A stretch of DNA of 64,000 nucleotides from a virus (lineage: Duplodnaviria > Caudoviricetes): IMG/VR virus record IMGVR_UViG_3300029305_005547, positions 1 to 64,000 of that record. One strand, written 5' to 3'. The notes below the pieces were generated by a model. It did no database searches. It was given only the letters and a program-made list of their open reading frames with translations, and was not told where the DNA came from. A program made the position numbers and the translations under genes. Positions 30,481 through 40,363 of this stretch are shown here, piece by piece. Position 1 is the stretch's first letter, and every line of letters begins with the position of its first letter.

Positions 30481-31620
30481 ATGATTAAAGATGATGTAAG
30501 ATGTTTAAGTGGAAGTGAATGTAATAATATTATTTATCTGCATACCGATTTTGTTTCTTTCATGCGTAATAATGGAAAATTTCCATCCTTAAAATCTAGA
30601 AATAGTAAAGAAAGGAAACTAGCACAGTTCATAATTGACATGGAAGAAGATTTAAAAAATGGATATATGAATCCAAATATTTTCTTTAGATTATGTAGAG
30701 AAACTCCTGGATGGAATGGAACAGACGATGAACGAAATATTCTTGCAAATGAATATTATAAAGGAACACCAAATATTTTCATGACATATCGATATCTTAA
30801 CAGAAGTTTGTATCGTAAAATGAGTTGCGAGTGGATATCATATCTAAGTGCAGAACAAATAGAATTTTTGTCTGATATGTTTATGTATGGTATTAGAATT
30901 ATACCGTGTGAAGATCCTTTTACATTTACTGAAATTCCTGTTAAAACACCTGAAGACTTTGATTATTTATTAATTGAATTATTAAGACATATTGATCAAG
31001 AGAAAGCGGATCTTATTAAGAGATATTATGGATTCTTTTGTAAAAGAGATTCTTCTGTTCATATGAAGGTAGTTCAACCTATTTTGTCCTTCATTCGTGA
31101 TAATTATTATGCAGGAATTATCCTCAATCATGTACCTCAGTTATATACTGCGTTTCATATTAATCCTAGATACATTGGTATTTCTTATAGAAATGATATA
31201 TTAGATCCTAATTGTTTTATAAAAGAATATATTTCAACAGATGAATCATTTTTCCGTAGTTCATTGATATTCGATGCCTACGAAAAATGTACTGATGAAG
31301 AAAAAGAATTAATCAATATATTCAATACAGTTAGACATGATAGTCATATTTGCTTTTCTAAGATAATTTTCTATAACCATAAATTATATGGAATGACGGA
31401 TATACATGTCGAATTTCCTAAATCCGTATACAAAGGTTTAAAACAAATTGGCGTAGAGACATATGCTGATGCATTTGTTATGGCTAAGTATAATAGAAAT
31501 GCATTATTGAAAATTAAAGGTTTAGGTACGAAACGAATAAATCAGATGTTGGAAGATTCATTAGAAGAATTAATGTCAACTAGAGATAAATTCAAATCTC
31601 AAATTAACAAAGGAGTGTAA
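30481..31620 (+). CDS. protein with C-terminal RNAP alpha-CTD-like HhH domain
   Basis: KSVYKGLKQIGVETYAD...LLKIKGLGTKRINQM; GAGAGG RBS before ATG 30481; early motif 30435. Confidence 0.6.
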   Translation: MIKDDVRCLSGSECNNIIYLHTDFVSFMRNNGKFPSLKSRNSKERKLAQFIIDMEEDLKNGYMNPNIFFRLCRETPGWNGTDDERNILANEYYKGTPNIFMTYRYLNRSLYRKMSCEWISYLSAEQIEFLSDMFMYGIRIIPCEDPFTFTEIPVKTPEDFDYLLIELLRHIDQEKADLIKRYYGFFCKRDSSVHMKVVQPILSFIRDNYYAGIILNHVPQLYTAFHINPRYIGISYRNDILDPNCFIKEYISTDESFFRSSLIFDAYEKCTDEEKELINIFNTVRHDSHICFSKIIFYNHKLYGMTDIHVEFPKSVYKGLKQIGVETYADAFVMAKYNRNALLKIKGLGTKRINQMLEDSLEELMSTRDKFKSQINKGV

Positions 31621-31625
31621 CAGTT

Positions 31626-31865
31626 GTGAATGATAAAGAAAAAACTTTAGTAACTGATCTAGATATCAAGAAAAGAACTAAAAAGCTCCTGATTAAATCT
31701 GGATATAAAACTGTGGAAGATATTATGACTTACACAGAAGGACATCCGTATTTGATGAAAGAGATGATAAAGGGGTTTAAAGAAAAAGATGCCGGTGACC
31801 TTTATGAAGCATTAAAGTCTGTTCTTGGTATGGCATTATTTGAAGGAAGGAATGTATTAAAATGA
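31626..31865 (+). CDS. stand-alone RNAP alpha-CTD-like protein
   Basis: VTDLDIKKRTKKLLIKSGYKTVEDI...IKGF. Confidence 0.55.
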   Translation: MNDKEKTLVTDLDIKKRTKKLLIKSGYKTVEDIMTYTEGHPYLMKEMIKGFKEKDAGDLYEALKSVLGMALFEGRNVLK

Positions 31866-32077
31866 TTAAAAATTTTATTGAATATATTTTGTTAATGTAT
31901 TTTCCACTAGCATTAATATTTTCTATTTTAGTTATATCTTTTGATAAGAAGTGGGTGTTTAGAAATAAAATGAATAAATTCATTTGTGAAGATCATGAAT
32001 GGATAAGCTATATAACCAGTACATTATTTACATTAAGTATGGGTTATCATTTGTATATAGGATTTAAATATTATTAA
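31862..32077 (+). CDS. small membrane protein
   Basis: two hydrophobic segments. Confidence 0.6.
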   Translation: MIKNFIEYILLMYFPLALIFSILVISFDKKWVFRNKMNKFICEDHEWISYITSTLFTLSMGYHLYIGFKYY

Positions 32078-32106
32078 TTTTATTAATGAAAGAGAGGTAC
32101 TTTTAC

Positions 32107-32448
32107 ATGAAAGAAACATATGGTATTTGTAAAGGAAGTTTAATGAGTATACTTAATTATAATAAATCTAGACGTAAACGTTCCGATACTGATAATAAAA
32201 AACGATCTTATTATTGTGGCATGCCAAAAAATCCACGATGGATGTTAAAAATAGAAGTTTTATCATTAGTATCTGAAATATATCATTTTCAACCTAATGA
32301 AAATAAATGTATGGAAGAAATTAACCAACTAAAACAAAAATATGCAGGTGATATGGAAGTTATAGGTTGGATTGATACCTGGTTAGAACATATAAAAGCC
32401 GAAAAGACAAGAAGAGTTTCTCTTCAAGACGTAATAAACAGGCGTTAA
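32107..32448 (+). CDS. hypothetical protein
   Basis: GAGAGG RBS before ATG 32107. Confidence 0.65.
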   Translation: MKETYGICKGSLMSILNYNKSRRKRSDTDNKKRSYYCGMPKNPRWMLKIEVLSLVSEIYHFQPNENKCMEEINQLKQKYAGDMEVIGWIDTWLEHIKAEKTRRVSLQDVINRR

Positions 32449-32491
32449 GGTTCTTATTGTAAGCCGAGAGAATAATTTAAAAATAATAAAT

Positions 32492-32517
32492 GAGATGTGG
32501 TATTAATACCACATCTC
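32492..32517. terminator. palindromic bidirectional terminator
   Basis: perfect 26-bp palindrome GAGATGTGGTATTAATACCACATCTC. Confidence 0.75.
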
Positions 32518-32529
32518 CTTCTTTTTTGT

Positions 32530-33522
32530 TTACGCAAATATAACAGGGAACTTTTGACCGAACTTATCAGTTGCGATCATGGTAGATCTGTTAATAGATA
32601 ACGTGTCTGCTGTTGAAGGTAAAGGATAATCATCTAATATTTCTCCATCTTCATTTTCAGCGATAAACACTTTTGTATCGTTATCATCATCGACAATTAC
32701 TTTTACAGTAACTTTTTGGTTCTCGTACTTGATATACTTTTCAGCATCAGAACTTCTGGATTCATAGTCATCCGATGCAAGCATATTAGAAAGAATATCA
32801 CCGAACATTTCGTCACCATCATTGATATCATCAATACCAAAATCATTTGATCCCATAAGACCATCTGCATTCTGTCCCATGATTCTTTTAAGATAACTTG
32901 ATGCAAACTGACCCATGTCACCATCTTCACCAGCTGCATTTTTACCAAACTTCTCTTTTTCTTTCATGTTAAGTTCTGCTGTAGTCTTCTTGATATTAGC
33001 AAGTTCTTTAACGATATCTTTACAAAGTGATCTTGATGTATTCAAAGTACTAATAAGATCGGTTGTAAACTTTCCGACACCTCTTGCAGAAGATTTCTGT
33101 CTGTTTAAGATATCATATCGTTCCTGTAAAGAATCAGATAACTTAGTCTGATCTTTTAAAATATCCTGTAAAAGTGCTACTTCTTTTTCGAAATCTTCAG
33201 TATGATCTTTAGGACCATCCTGGTTCTTCTTCTTTTTCTTTTTCTTTTTACCACCGTCTTCTTCACCAAAGAGACTACTTAATTTTTTAAGATTTCTCTT
33301 TTCTGTACGAAGTGTAGATAATGCATCAAGCCATTCATTATCACACGGCTCATCATCATCTTCAATTTCAACGGTTTCTTTTTTCTTACCTTCTTCAATT
33401 TTTGCAATAGATGAAGGTAATACGAAAGAACTCATGCTCTCAAGCTCATCAAGATCTCTTAAAGCATCATCTTTCTTATATCTGGACGGTACATATTCGT
33501 CATCATCATGTTTCTTACCCAT
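32530..33522 (-). CDS. hypothetical coiled-coil protein
   Basis: AGGAGG RBS; acidic and poly-Lys tracts. Confidence 0.75.
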   Translation of the reverse strand: MGKKHDDDEYVPSRYKKDDALRDLDELESMSSFVLPSSIAKIEEGKKKETVEIEDDDEPCDNEWLDALSTLRTEKRNLKKLSSLFGEEDGGKKKKKKKKNQDGPKDHTEDFEKEVALLQDILKDQTKLSDSLQERYDILNRQKSSARGVGKFTTDLISTLNTSRSLCKDIVKELANIKKTTAELNMKEKEKFGKNAAGEDGDMGQFASSYLKRIMGQNADGLMGSNDFGIDDINDGDEMFGDILSNMLASDDYESRSSDAEKYIKYENQKVTVKVIVDDDNDTKVFIAENEDGEILDDYPLPSTADTLSINRSTMIATDKFGQKFPVIFA

Positions 33523-33532
33523 AAGCTACCTC

Positions 33533-33826
33533 CTAATCGATTACGATAGGAATGTCATATGCTTCGCAGATATCATGCTCGATCTTACAACCTCTTGCAT
33601 CTTTCCAACCGGAAGCAAAAGCTGCCATATCGGCTTCAGATAATTTACCGATAGACTTACTCAAAAATCCAACTGCATTTCCATTGTAGTTTTCAAAGAA
33701 TGAATCAATGATCTCAACATCGTCATACTTAGACTTAATCTCAGCGATCATCTTCTCTCTTTCTTCCTTAATGAATTCGTCAGTCTTACCTCTCATAGGT
33801 TGTGAAATAAATACTTTCTTAGCCAT
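33533..33826 (-). CDS. DUF4406-like / nucleoside deoxyribosyltransferase-fold protein
   Basis: KVFISQPMRG...GWKDARGCKIEH. Confidence 0.75.
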   Translation of the reverse strand: MAKKVFISQPMRGKTDEFIKEEREKMIAEIKSKYDDVEIIDSFFENYNGNAVGFLSKSIGKLSEADMAAFASGWKDARGCKIEHDICEAYDIPIVID

Positions 33827-33847
33827 TTTTGGTTCCTCCTTGATAAT

Positions 33848-34036
33848 CTATATAAGTGAATCCTCAATAAATGTATGAGATATTCGTTTACCGTAACCTG
33901 TTGCAAGAACTTTGTTCTTTACAACTACATCTTTCTTTTCGTTAGTTTCGGATTCTGCAACTTTATCAATGAATTTCTTCTGATAAGTATACAGTTTTAA
34001 TCCAAAACGTTTTTCAATGAATTCTGAAAATTGCAT
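33848..34036 (-). CDS. hypothetical protein
   Basis: GAGGTG RBS before ATG 34036. Confidence 0.55.
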   Translation of the reverse strand: MQFSEFIEKRFGLKLYTYQKKFIDKVAESETNEKKDVVVKNKVLATGYGKRISHTFIEDSLI

Positions 34037-34154
34037 TTGAATCACCTCAATAAATATAAATATGACCGTCATTTACGAATTTGTTACACCCATAGTTTTT
34101 TACGATATTTTTTGTTTTCACAATATAATAATTACATTATGAAAGGATATAAAA

Positions 34155-34907
34155 ATGGATATCATTAACACAGTCAAACTTGAGATTTATGAATCTTTCT
34201 ATAATGGCGTTATCTCTGATGAAGAAGTTGACTTTTTATTAGAATCCGTTACTTCAAAAAATGACAGAAAACGTCAGTGTAACTTTATTTTGAAATATTG
34301 GGCTAAACCAAGTGGTAAACAACCGTTATCTAAGCAAGAAGCGTTAAAAATAATTAATGAGTTTGAAACAAAAAATAAAATTGATCCAGATTCAAATATT
34401 GGCTATAAAGTATTTGAGGCTTTTGCTATTACTAATTATTTGCAATCAAAATTCAATAAATATGTTAATAATTTTGATGATAAGTATATTTCTATTTTTT
34501 TGAGTAATGTACAAAATGAATATATTGAAATTAAAGAATTGAGTGAAAAATTAAATAGTTTATTATCTTCAGCAAATTCTGAAGATAAAAAGGATCAAAT
34601 TGTAACAGATTTCTTAATAGAAAATAGTAAGAAATATGGAACCATTGAATATAGAGAAAGAAATAATAAAGTTTATAAAGTTGAATCACTTAATGTAGTG
34701 GTTGATAATGCATTGAAGTTTTGGAATGATAAAAAAATGAAAATTGTATCGGGTGATGGTGGAGGTAATTATTTACTTTATTCACCTATAACTGGAAAAT
34801 TTTATGATTATGATCACGAATCTGATTCAGGTGAAAATTATAAAAAATGGCTAACTAATGGAGTTTCGTATAAAGATTTTATGAATCATATACGAAACTA
34901 TAATTAA
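34155..34907 (+). CDS. probable head protein with SMI1/KNR4-like C-terminal domain
   Basis: N-terminal IYES..GVISDEE..LLES leader; SGDGGGNYLLY...GKFYDYDHE. Confidence 0.55.
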   Translation: MDIINTVKLEIYESFYNGVISDEEVDFLLESVTSKNDRKRQCNFILKYWAKPSGKQPLSKQEALKIINEFETKNKIDPDSNIGYKVFEAFAITNYLQSKFNKYVNNFDDKYISIFLSNVQNEYIEIKELSEKLNSLLSSANSEDKKDQIVTDFLIENSKKYGTIEYRERNNKVYKVESLNVVVDNALKFWNDKKMKIVSGDGGGNYLLYSPITGKFYDYDHESDSGENYKKWLTNGVSYKDFMNHIRNYN

Positions 34908-34950
34908 ACATATGTGAATTTTACATTACAAGATTAAGTAATTGATTTTT

Positions 34951-34987
34951 ATAATTGAGAATGCATATAGTATGCATTCTCAATTAT
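34951..34987. terminator. intrinsic terminator
   Basis: 17-bp stem. Confidence 0.7.
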
Positions 34988-35048
34988 TGTTTTTGATTAG
35001 TTACTTCACATTTACGTAAACTCATAATTATGAAAGTAGGTTTGATTT

Positions 35049-36941
35049 ATGGGTAAAATTATACCAAAGGATTCGGCGATGCTTGTCGATATCCAATATG
35101 TAAAAGAGAATAGAAAAGAAGGTATCCCAGATGTTTTGTATATTGTGTGGAAGGATTTAGATACAAATGAAAAACATGTTACAACTATTCCTAACCCACC
35201 GGTAGATATATACTTTGAGAAACCTGAATATCGAAACACACATTTAGATCCTTATGGAGTTCCATACAGTTTAAACTATACTTATCTCGATAGAGTAGAA
35301 AAAAGAACTGTTGCATATAAGGATATTATTAATGCTATCATTGAAGATGGTGGTGACGGTCTTAAAGCACAAGCTGCTGATATTTATAAGACCAAACGTT
35401 ATAGTGAACTTAAGAATTTTTTAATGTATCCATTTGTATATGGCGCTGATTATGACGTAAGAGCATTATATAGATATAAATGGATGACTATGTACGATAA
35501 TGACAGACCAAAGCCTATTTCAAAGGCATTCATGGATATAGAGACGGACTTTCTTGATGTAGATGGTTTAGCTGACCCAGCAACATGTCCTATTGATCTT
35601 GTGACTTTGGTTGATAACGATGAAATGAAATGTTATACTTTCGCTTTAGTAGGTCGAGGTTATGAAGAACGTGATATGACTTATATGACTCAAAGTGAAA
35701 GAGATAAAGAATTATATAGAAGAGAATTACATGAAAGTAGACTTAAGCAAGAAGTTGAATTTATTGAAAATCAAGAGTCCATAAAAGAAGAACTTCATCA
35801 GATGTTTGATGAGTCATATGGATGTCTTGATTACAAATTTTTCTTCTATAAAGATGAAGCCAAGATGTTAACTCATATTTTTCAGTTGATTAATAAAAGA
35901 AAATTTGATTTTGTTACATTTTGGAACTTTGAATTCGACGTGAATTATATCTATAAAAGAGCACAGGTTTTAGGTATTGACCCTAAAAGCTTATTCTGTC
36001 ATCCAGATTTTCCAGTTCAGGAATGCTGGTTTAAAAAAGATAATTTTCATTTCGATATTAAATCAAAAACAGACTTTTTCTTTAACACAGGATATACGAA
36101 TTATACCTGTCAGATGAGAACTTATGCAGCAATAAGAAAAGGTCAATCTGAAATTAGATCTTTCTCACTTAATTATATAGGTAAGAAAGTTGTAAAAGAC
36201 TCTAAGCTTGATTACGGCGAAGAAGGAAGTATTAAATATTTCCCCTATCGAAATTATAAGAAATACTTTATCTACAATATCAAGGACGTTTTACTTCAAA
36301 AAGGTATTGAAGATAACACAAGTGATATGGAAAGTTATTATGCTACATCATATCAAAACATCACACCGTATGATTCAGAGTTTAAACAAACAGTAAAACT
36401 TCGTAACTTCCAGTATTACGATTTCTTAACATCAGGAATGGTTCCTGGAGAAAATGTGAACTTAACACCTTTTGGGCAACCTGATGAGGAACCAGATGAA
36501 GATGATGATGATGAAGGTGGAGGACGTAAAGTAGGATTTGAAGGGGCACTAGTTGGAGACCCAAGATTAAATCTTCCGACAGGAATGGCTCTTTATGGAA
36601 ATAAAAAGACAAATAATATATTCCAATATGCTATAGATATGGACATGGCATCCTTCTATCCTAGTACTATATTCGCAATGAATATTGATCCGAGTGCATT
36701 ACATTTTAAAACAATACTTGATGCATCTCAATTTGATATTCTTGGTGGGGATAAGAAAATCCATACTTATACTCATCTTCGTACGCTTCATACTGAAGCA
36801 TCCGACTTCCATGATGATGTTGCAAAAGAGGCATTTGATAATTTCCAGACTAAGAACTGGTTATCAACAGGAAGAAAGTGGTTTAATCTACCTTCAATGG
36901 ATAAACTTTATAGAAAAGCTTGCGAAGAGTTAGGAGCGTGA
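35049..36941 (+). CDS. family B DNA polymerase, split subunit (3'-5' exonuclease plus palm motif A)
   Basis: ExoI DIETD, ExoII WNFEFD, ExoIII YNIKD, FEGALV, DMDMASFYPS; motifs B and C absent. Confidence 0.88.
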   Translation: MGKIIPKDSAMLVDIQYVKENRKEGIPDVLYIVWKDLDTNEKHVTTIPNPPVDIYFEKPEYRNTHLDPYGVPYSLNYTYLDRVEKRTVAYKDIINAIIEDGGDGLKAQAADIYKTKRYSELKNFLMYPFVYGADYDVRALYRYKWMTMYDNDRPKPISKAFMDIETDFLDVDGLADPATCPIDLVTLVDNDEMKCYTFALVGRGYEERDMTYMTQSERDKELYRRELHESRLKQEVEFIENQESIKEELHQMFDESYGCLDYKFFFYKDEAKMLTHIFQLINKRKFDFVTFWNFEFDVNYIYKRAQVLGIDPKSLFCHPDFPVQECWFKKDNFHFDIKSKTDFFFNTGYTNYTCQMRTYAAIRKGQSEIRSFSLNYIGKKVVKDSKLDYGEEGSIKYFPYRNYKKYFIYNIKDVLLQKGIEDNTSDMESYYATSYQNITPYDSEFKQTVKLRNFQYYDFLTSGMVPGENVNLTPFGQPDEEPDEDDDDEGGGRKVGFEGALVGDPRLNLPTGMALYGNKKTNNIFQYAIDMDMASFYPSTIFAMNIDPSALHFKTILDASQFDILGGDKKIHTYTHLRTLHTEASDFHDDVAKEAFDNFQTKNWLSTGRKWFNLPSMDKLYRKACEELGA

Positions 36942-36945
36942 TATA

Positions 36946-37761
36946 ATGGCAGTTACTGTAGAGGATTTACTTACTGATATTGAAAAACGTATGGTTGCTC
37001 TTGGCTATGAAGATTTTGAAGAACTCTATAGTCAAGATCACGATATACAAAGTTTAAAAGAATTAAAGCGTAAGCTTATGGATGATGCTAAAGCGTTGCG
37101 TGAAGAAAAGAAATTGAAAACACGGTGGACTAAAGAACTTAGAGACGTTTTAGTAAAACTCTCAAAAGTTTATAAGAAAGATTTTTATATTTATAATGGG
37201 TCTATCGTGATACCAGGAAAAATATCTCAAGAATCACTTAAAGGTAAATTCATACTTACAATTAAAGATGAATTCCAGGAGTGTATTAAACGAATTTTAT
37301 TTAACGATGAAGAAAATAGAATGATTTTTATTCGAGAATTATCGGAATTTAAATCACTTATTGATGAGTTTTTAGAATGTGAAGAAGCAATCTTAACGGC
37401 TGGTGTTGAACGTAGCATAATCGAAGTTTGTGACATTAATAAAACTCTTTTAGTTAAAGATAAAATGGATATCGAATTAGAATCAATTAAATTAGATTCA
37501 GAAAAGTTCAAACCACTTGAAATTGATGATACTGATGTAGACATCATTGGTACAAAGAAGTTGTTTGAAATGAAGTACGACGGATATCCACCAATTGAAG
37601 GAAATATTCAATTATTTCCATTTTATAACGAAAAAGATAGACCTGATGTAGAGTTTATGTGTGGTGATTTTGAAAAACGTGGTTTAATCACATTATACTA
37701 TGCAAGGTTTCATGTAGATTATCAATATTTTGATATCTATTTTAAGATTTACTTTTTTTAG
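36946..37761 (+). CDS. hypothetical protein
   Basis: ORF in polymerase operon. Confidence 0.75.
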   Translation: MAVTVEDLLTDIEKRMVALGYEDFEELYSQDHDIQSLKELKRKLMDDAKALREEKKLKTRWTKELRDVLVKLSKVYKKDFYIYNGSIVIPGKISQESLKGKFILTIKDEFQECIKRILFNDEENRMIFIRELSEFKSLIDEFLECEEAILTAGVERSIIEVCDINKTLLVKDKMDIELESIKLDSEKFKPLEIDDTDVDIIGTKKLFEMKYDGYPPIEGNIQLFPFYNEKDRPDVEFMCGDFEKRGLITLYYARFHVDYQYFDIYFKIYFF

Positions 37762-37774
37762 GAGTTGATGAAAA

Positions 37775-38050
37775 ATGTTAATGCGTGCTGTAGCAACGGT
37801 AACGCACAGACCGTTCATTGGAAAAAAGAAAATCCATAAGATACGGTTTCAATACATACTTCCAGAGGGTTCGGAAAAAGAACCCTTTGAGAGTATAGGA
37901 ATGCGTATTATGGCATATAAACAAAGAATTCCTATACATGAATTTGATAGGGTAGAAATAACTAGTATTGAATATCCTGTACATTTGGTTGATTCGGAAT
38001 TATTCATTGATCTAGCTAAAGAATTAATAGAAAAGGAAATTATAGTATGA
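37775..38050 (+). CDS. hypothetical protein
   Basis: AGGAG RBS. Confidence 0.65.
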   Translation: MLMRAVATVTHRPFIGKKKIHKIRFQYILPEGSEKEPFESIGMRIMAYKQRIPIHEFDRVEITSIEYPVHLVDSELFIDLAKELIEKEIIV

Positions 38051-38679
38051 AAATTTATGAAGCAAGTTGTGTTTTCGTTCCTGTACGAAGACCAGACTCA
38101 TATTCTGAAAATAAGTTAGTTCAGTTTTTCCAAAGATTGAATGAAGAAAAAACTGAATTCTATATCAGTGCACACGTATTCGTGTATGATCATGAAAATG
38201 AAAAAGATATCATAAATGGTGTTTTAACACAGCATTTTATGACAGAAGTTCAAAATATTGATTTTAGAGGGTACAAGTATTTACCTACAAAAGTATCGTA
38301 TAAAGAGATTTCTCTTGATGATGTTAGAATTGTATGTATTGAATCTAGTAATCAATGGATTCGATATGTTCGTTTATTACGATATCCTGACTTTGATTGG
38401 GATAGATATGTTCTTATTGAAGAACCTTTAGCTTTAAAAAATGGAACAAAACTCAATCTTGGAAATTTGACGATGTTCCATAATAGAGACTTTAGTGGGA
38501 TTAATACTGAAGTCAATTTGGATGAAGTGGTTTATACATTTCATGGTACGGATGAAAATGGTAAACAATTCCAATCACAAAAGAATGCTAGCAAACTCAG
38601 GTATGATGTTTTAGATCCAGTGTTTAATAGTCCTGAAGAAGAATTGAGGTTTTTAAAGAATGAAGAAAAATCCGTTTAA
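38047..38679 (+). CDS. hypothetical protein
   Basis: ATGA overlap. Confidence 0.7.
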   Translation: MKIYEASCVFVPVRRPDSYSENKLVQFFQRLNEEKTEFYISAHVFVYDHENEKDIINGVLTQHFMTEVQNIDFRGYKYLPTKVSYKEISLDDVRIVCIESSNQWIRYVRLLRYPDFDWDRYVLIEEPLALKNGTKLNLGNLTMFHNRDFSGINTEVNLDEVVYTFHGTDENGKQFQSQKNASKLRYDVLDPVFNSPEEELRFLKNEEKSV

Positions 38680-39022
38680 CGAATTATTTCATCCTGAATC
38701 TTTCTATGCTGATTTATTTTGTCATTGTAAACCTGAATTTAGTCAGAGAGATTCATACGATGAAAGAATTAAAAAACATTTCATGAATTTAGGACTTGAA
38801 AATGAAAAAACTGCTGGAATTATAGGAAATATAAAAATGGAATCTGAAATGAAACCACAGTTTGAAGCAGTTAAATTAGAATTAAAACCAAGATCATTAA
38901 GTCCTGAAGATATAGAAACTATTCGAAAAGCTCAAGACCGTTTAACATCGCAAATTAATGGAGTTTTAGGAATGGTTTGTCTAAGTGATATGTTTAGAAA
39001 TGACGAAGAGGAGAATAACTAA
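38660..39022 (+). CDS. hypothetical protein containing a phage tail-lysozyme-like fragment
   Basis: LGLENEKTAGIIGNIKMESEMKP. Confidence 0.45.
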   Translation: MKKNPFNELFHPESFYADLFCHCKPEFSQRDSYDERIKKHFMNLGLENEKTAGIIGNIKMESEMKPQFEAVKLELKPRSLSPEDIETIRKAQDRLTSQINGVLGMVCLSDMFRNDEEENN

Positions 39023-39477
39023 TGGAAAGTATTTCAAATATCAATATCGATGGAAAAGTCGAAGATAGAATTGCGGATGAACTTGCAAAACTTGCTCTTG
39101 AAAGAACTACTGATGAGCAATTAACAACTATGATTAATAACGTTATTCATGACAAATTCGATGCTGAAAGAAAGCATACATGGGGAAACGATGTTAATCA
39201 ATCATATAAACTGATTTTACAGAAATATTATCAGAAATTAGGAGAGAGAATAACAACTATTCTTGAAACTGAAGACAAAGAAAAAGAAATTGACGAAACT
39301 GCTAGACGTATTATTGATAATGCAAGAGAAGCATCTGAAAGATATCTTACGGAAGCTATTGCAAAACGTATGTGTATGATGCATACTGATTTTGCAGGTG
39401 ATTGGCAAAAGATGGATATGACTATTTTTGTAAATGATGTTATGAATAATCATTTACAAAGAGATCATATGAGATAA
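39022..39477 (+). CDS. hypothetical helical protein
   Basis: GAGGAG RBS; TAATG coupling. Confidence 0.7.
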   Translation: MESISNINIDGKVEDRIADELAKLALERTTDEQLTTMINNVIHDKFDAERKHTWGNDVNQSYKLILQKYYQKLGERITTILETEDKEKEIDETARRIIDNAREASERYLTEAIAKRMCMMHTDFAGDWQKMDMTIFVNDVMNNHLQRDHMR

Positions 39478-39491
39478 TATGGAGGTTAAAT

Positions 39492-39965
39492 ATGCCTTTT
39501 ACATCAGAAGTATTAGACAATGTAACACAGTTTTGTAAAACACGTTATGATCAAAAAACGTTTGAACATGCTAGACGTGTTATGATATATGCTAGTCAAA
39601 ACGTAGATGTGTATAGATTCCTTAGTGAATATACAACTATACAAATATCATGTACTGCACTTTTACATGATATTATCGAAGATACTAAAACATCGTATGA
39701 TGATATCAAGAGTTATCTTTCTCAATCCGATGATTTATTCGATTGGGAAATTGAAAATCTTATTAGTAGTTTAAGATTATTGACTCATGATAAGAAAAGA
39801 CAAACTTATGATGAATACATTATAAATATATCAAATAAACGATCATTTGATGTGGTTGCTTATGCTGTCAAAATAGCAGATATGAAAGATCACTTATCTC
39901 TTCATGAGACGTTAACAACTAAGCTTAAAAATAAATATGTAAAAGCGTTGGCTGAATTATTATAA
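39492..39965 (+). CDS. HD-domain phosphohydrolase (SpoT/Mesh1-like)
   Basis: EHARRV, ALLHDIIEDT, LLTH, VKIADM. Confidence 0.8.
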   Translation: MPFTSEVLDNVTQFCKTRYDQKTFEHARRVMIYASQNVDVYRFLSEYTTIQISCTALLHDIIEDTKTSYDDIKSYLSQSDDLFDWEIENLISSLRLLTHDKKRQTYDEYIINISNKRSFDVVAYAVKIADMKDHLSLHETLTTKLKNKYVKALAELL

Positions 39966-39971
39966 AAAGTT

Positions 39972-40000
39972 TCCCTAGTCTAGATAATCTAGACTAGGGA
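39972..40000. terminator. bidirectional terminator
   Basis: 14-bp stem between convergent genes. Confidence 0.8.
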
Positions 40001-40006
40001 TTAATT

Positions 40007-40240
40007 TTATTCATCTTTATTATCGATTTTTTCTTTAATCTCTTTTAATTTCTTTGCAACATCATCGATCTCATCTTCAGCTTCATCTTTAGTAATGAAA
40101 CCTCTCGTTTCTTTCTTTTTAATCGCTTCAATCTTTTCTTCAAGCTCAGCAATTTTATCAGCCTTAGTATCTACTTTACCAGATTCAAGAACAGCATTGA
40201 GATCATTTTTAATTGCATATAAATTATCGAGGAAACTCAT
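40007..40240 (-). CDS. small charged protein, probable head protein
   Basis: AAGGAGGT RBS, late promoter; VLES and GFITKDEA motif. Confidence 0.6.
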   Translation of the reverse strand: MSFLDNLYAIKNDLNAVLESGKVDTKADKIAELEEKIEAIKKKETRGFITKDEAEDEIDDVAKKLKEIKEKIDNKDE

Positions 40241-40363
40241 TATACGATACCTCCTTATTTTCTCTGAATTTACAATAATGTTTTTATTATCTAATTCAAC
40301 TGGCTATGCTTGTTATAAAAAACATTATCGTAAACCAAAAATAAGAAAGGATGGTATAAAACC

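Noticed and set aside
30460-32106. Shared N-terminal MKERYF peptide in two ORFs
   Set aside because: It is a shared RBS leader (ATGAAAGAGAGGTACTTT); true starts are the downstream ATGs at 30481 and 32107.
34490-34500. TTAAATAGT (LNS) inside the 34155 gene as the cassette acceptor site
   Set aside because: Short chance match in a non-fibre protein with no flanking similarity to the element.
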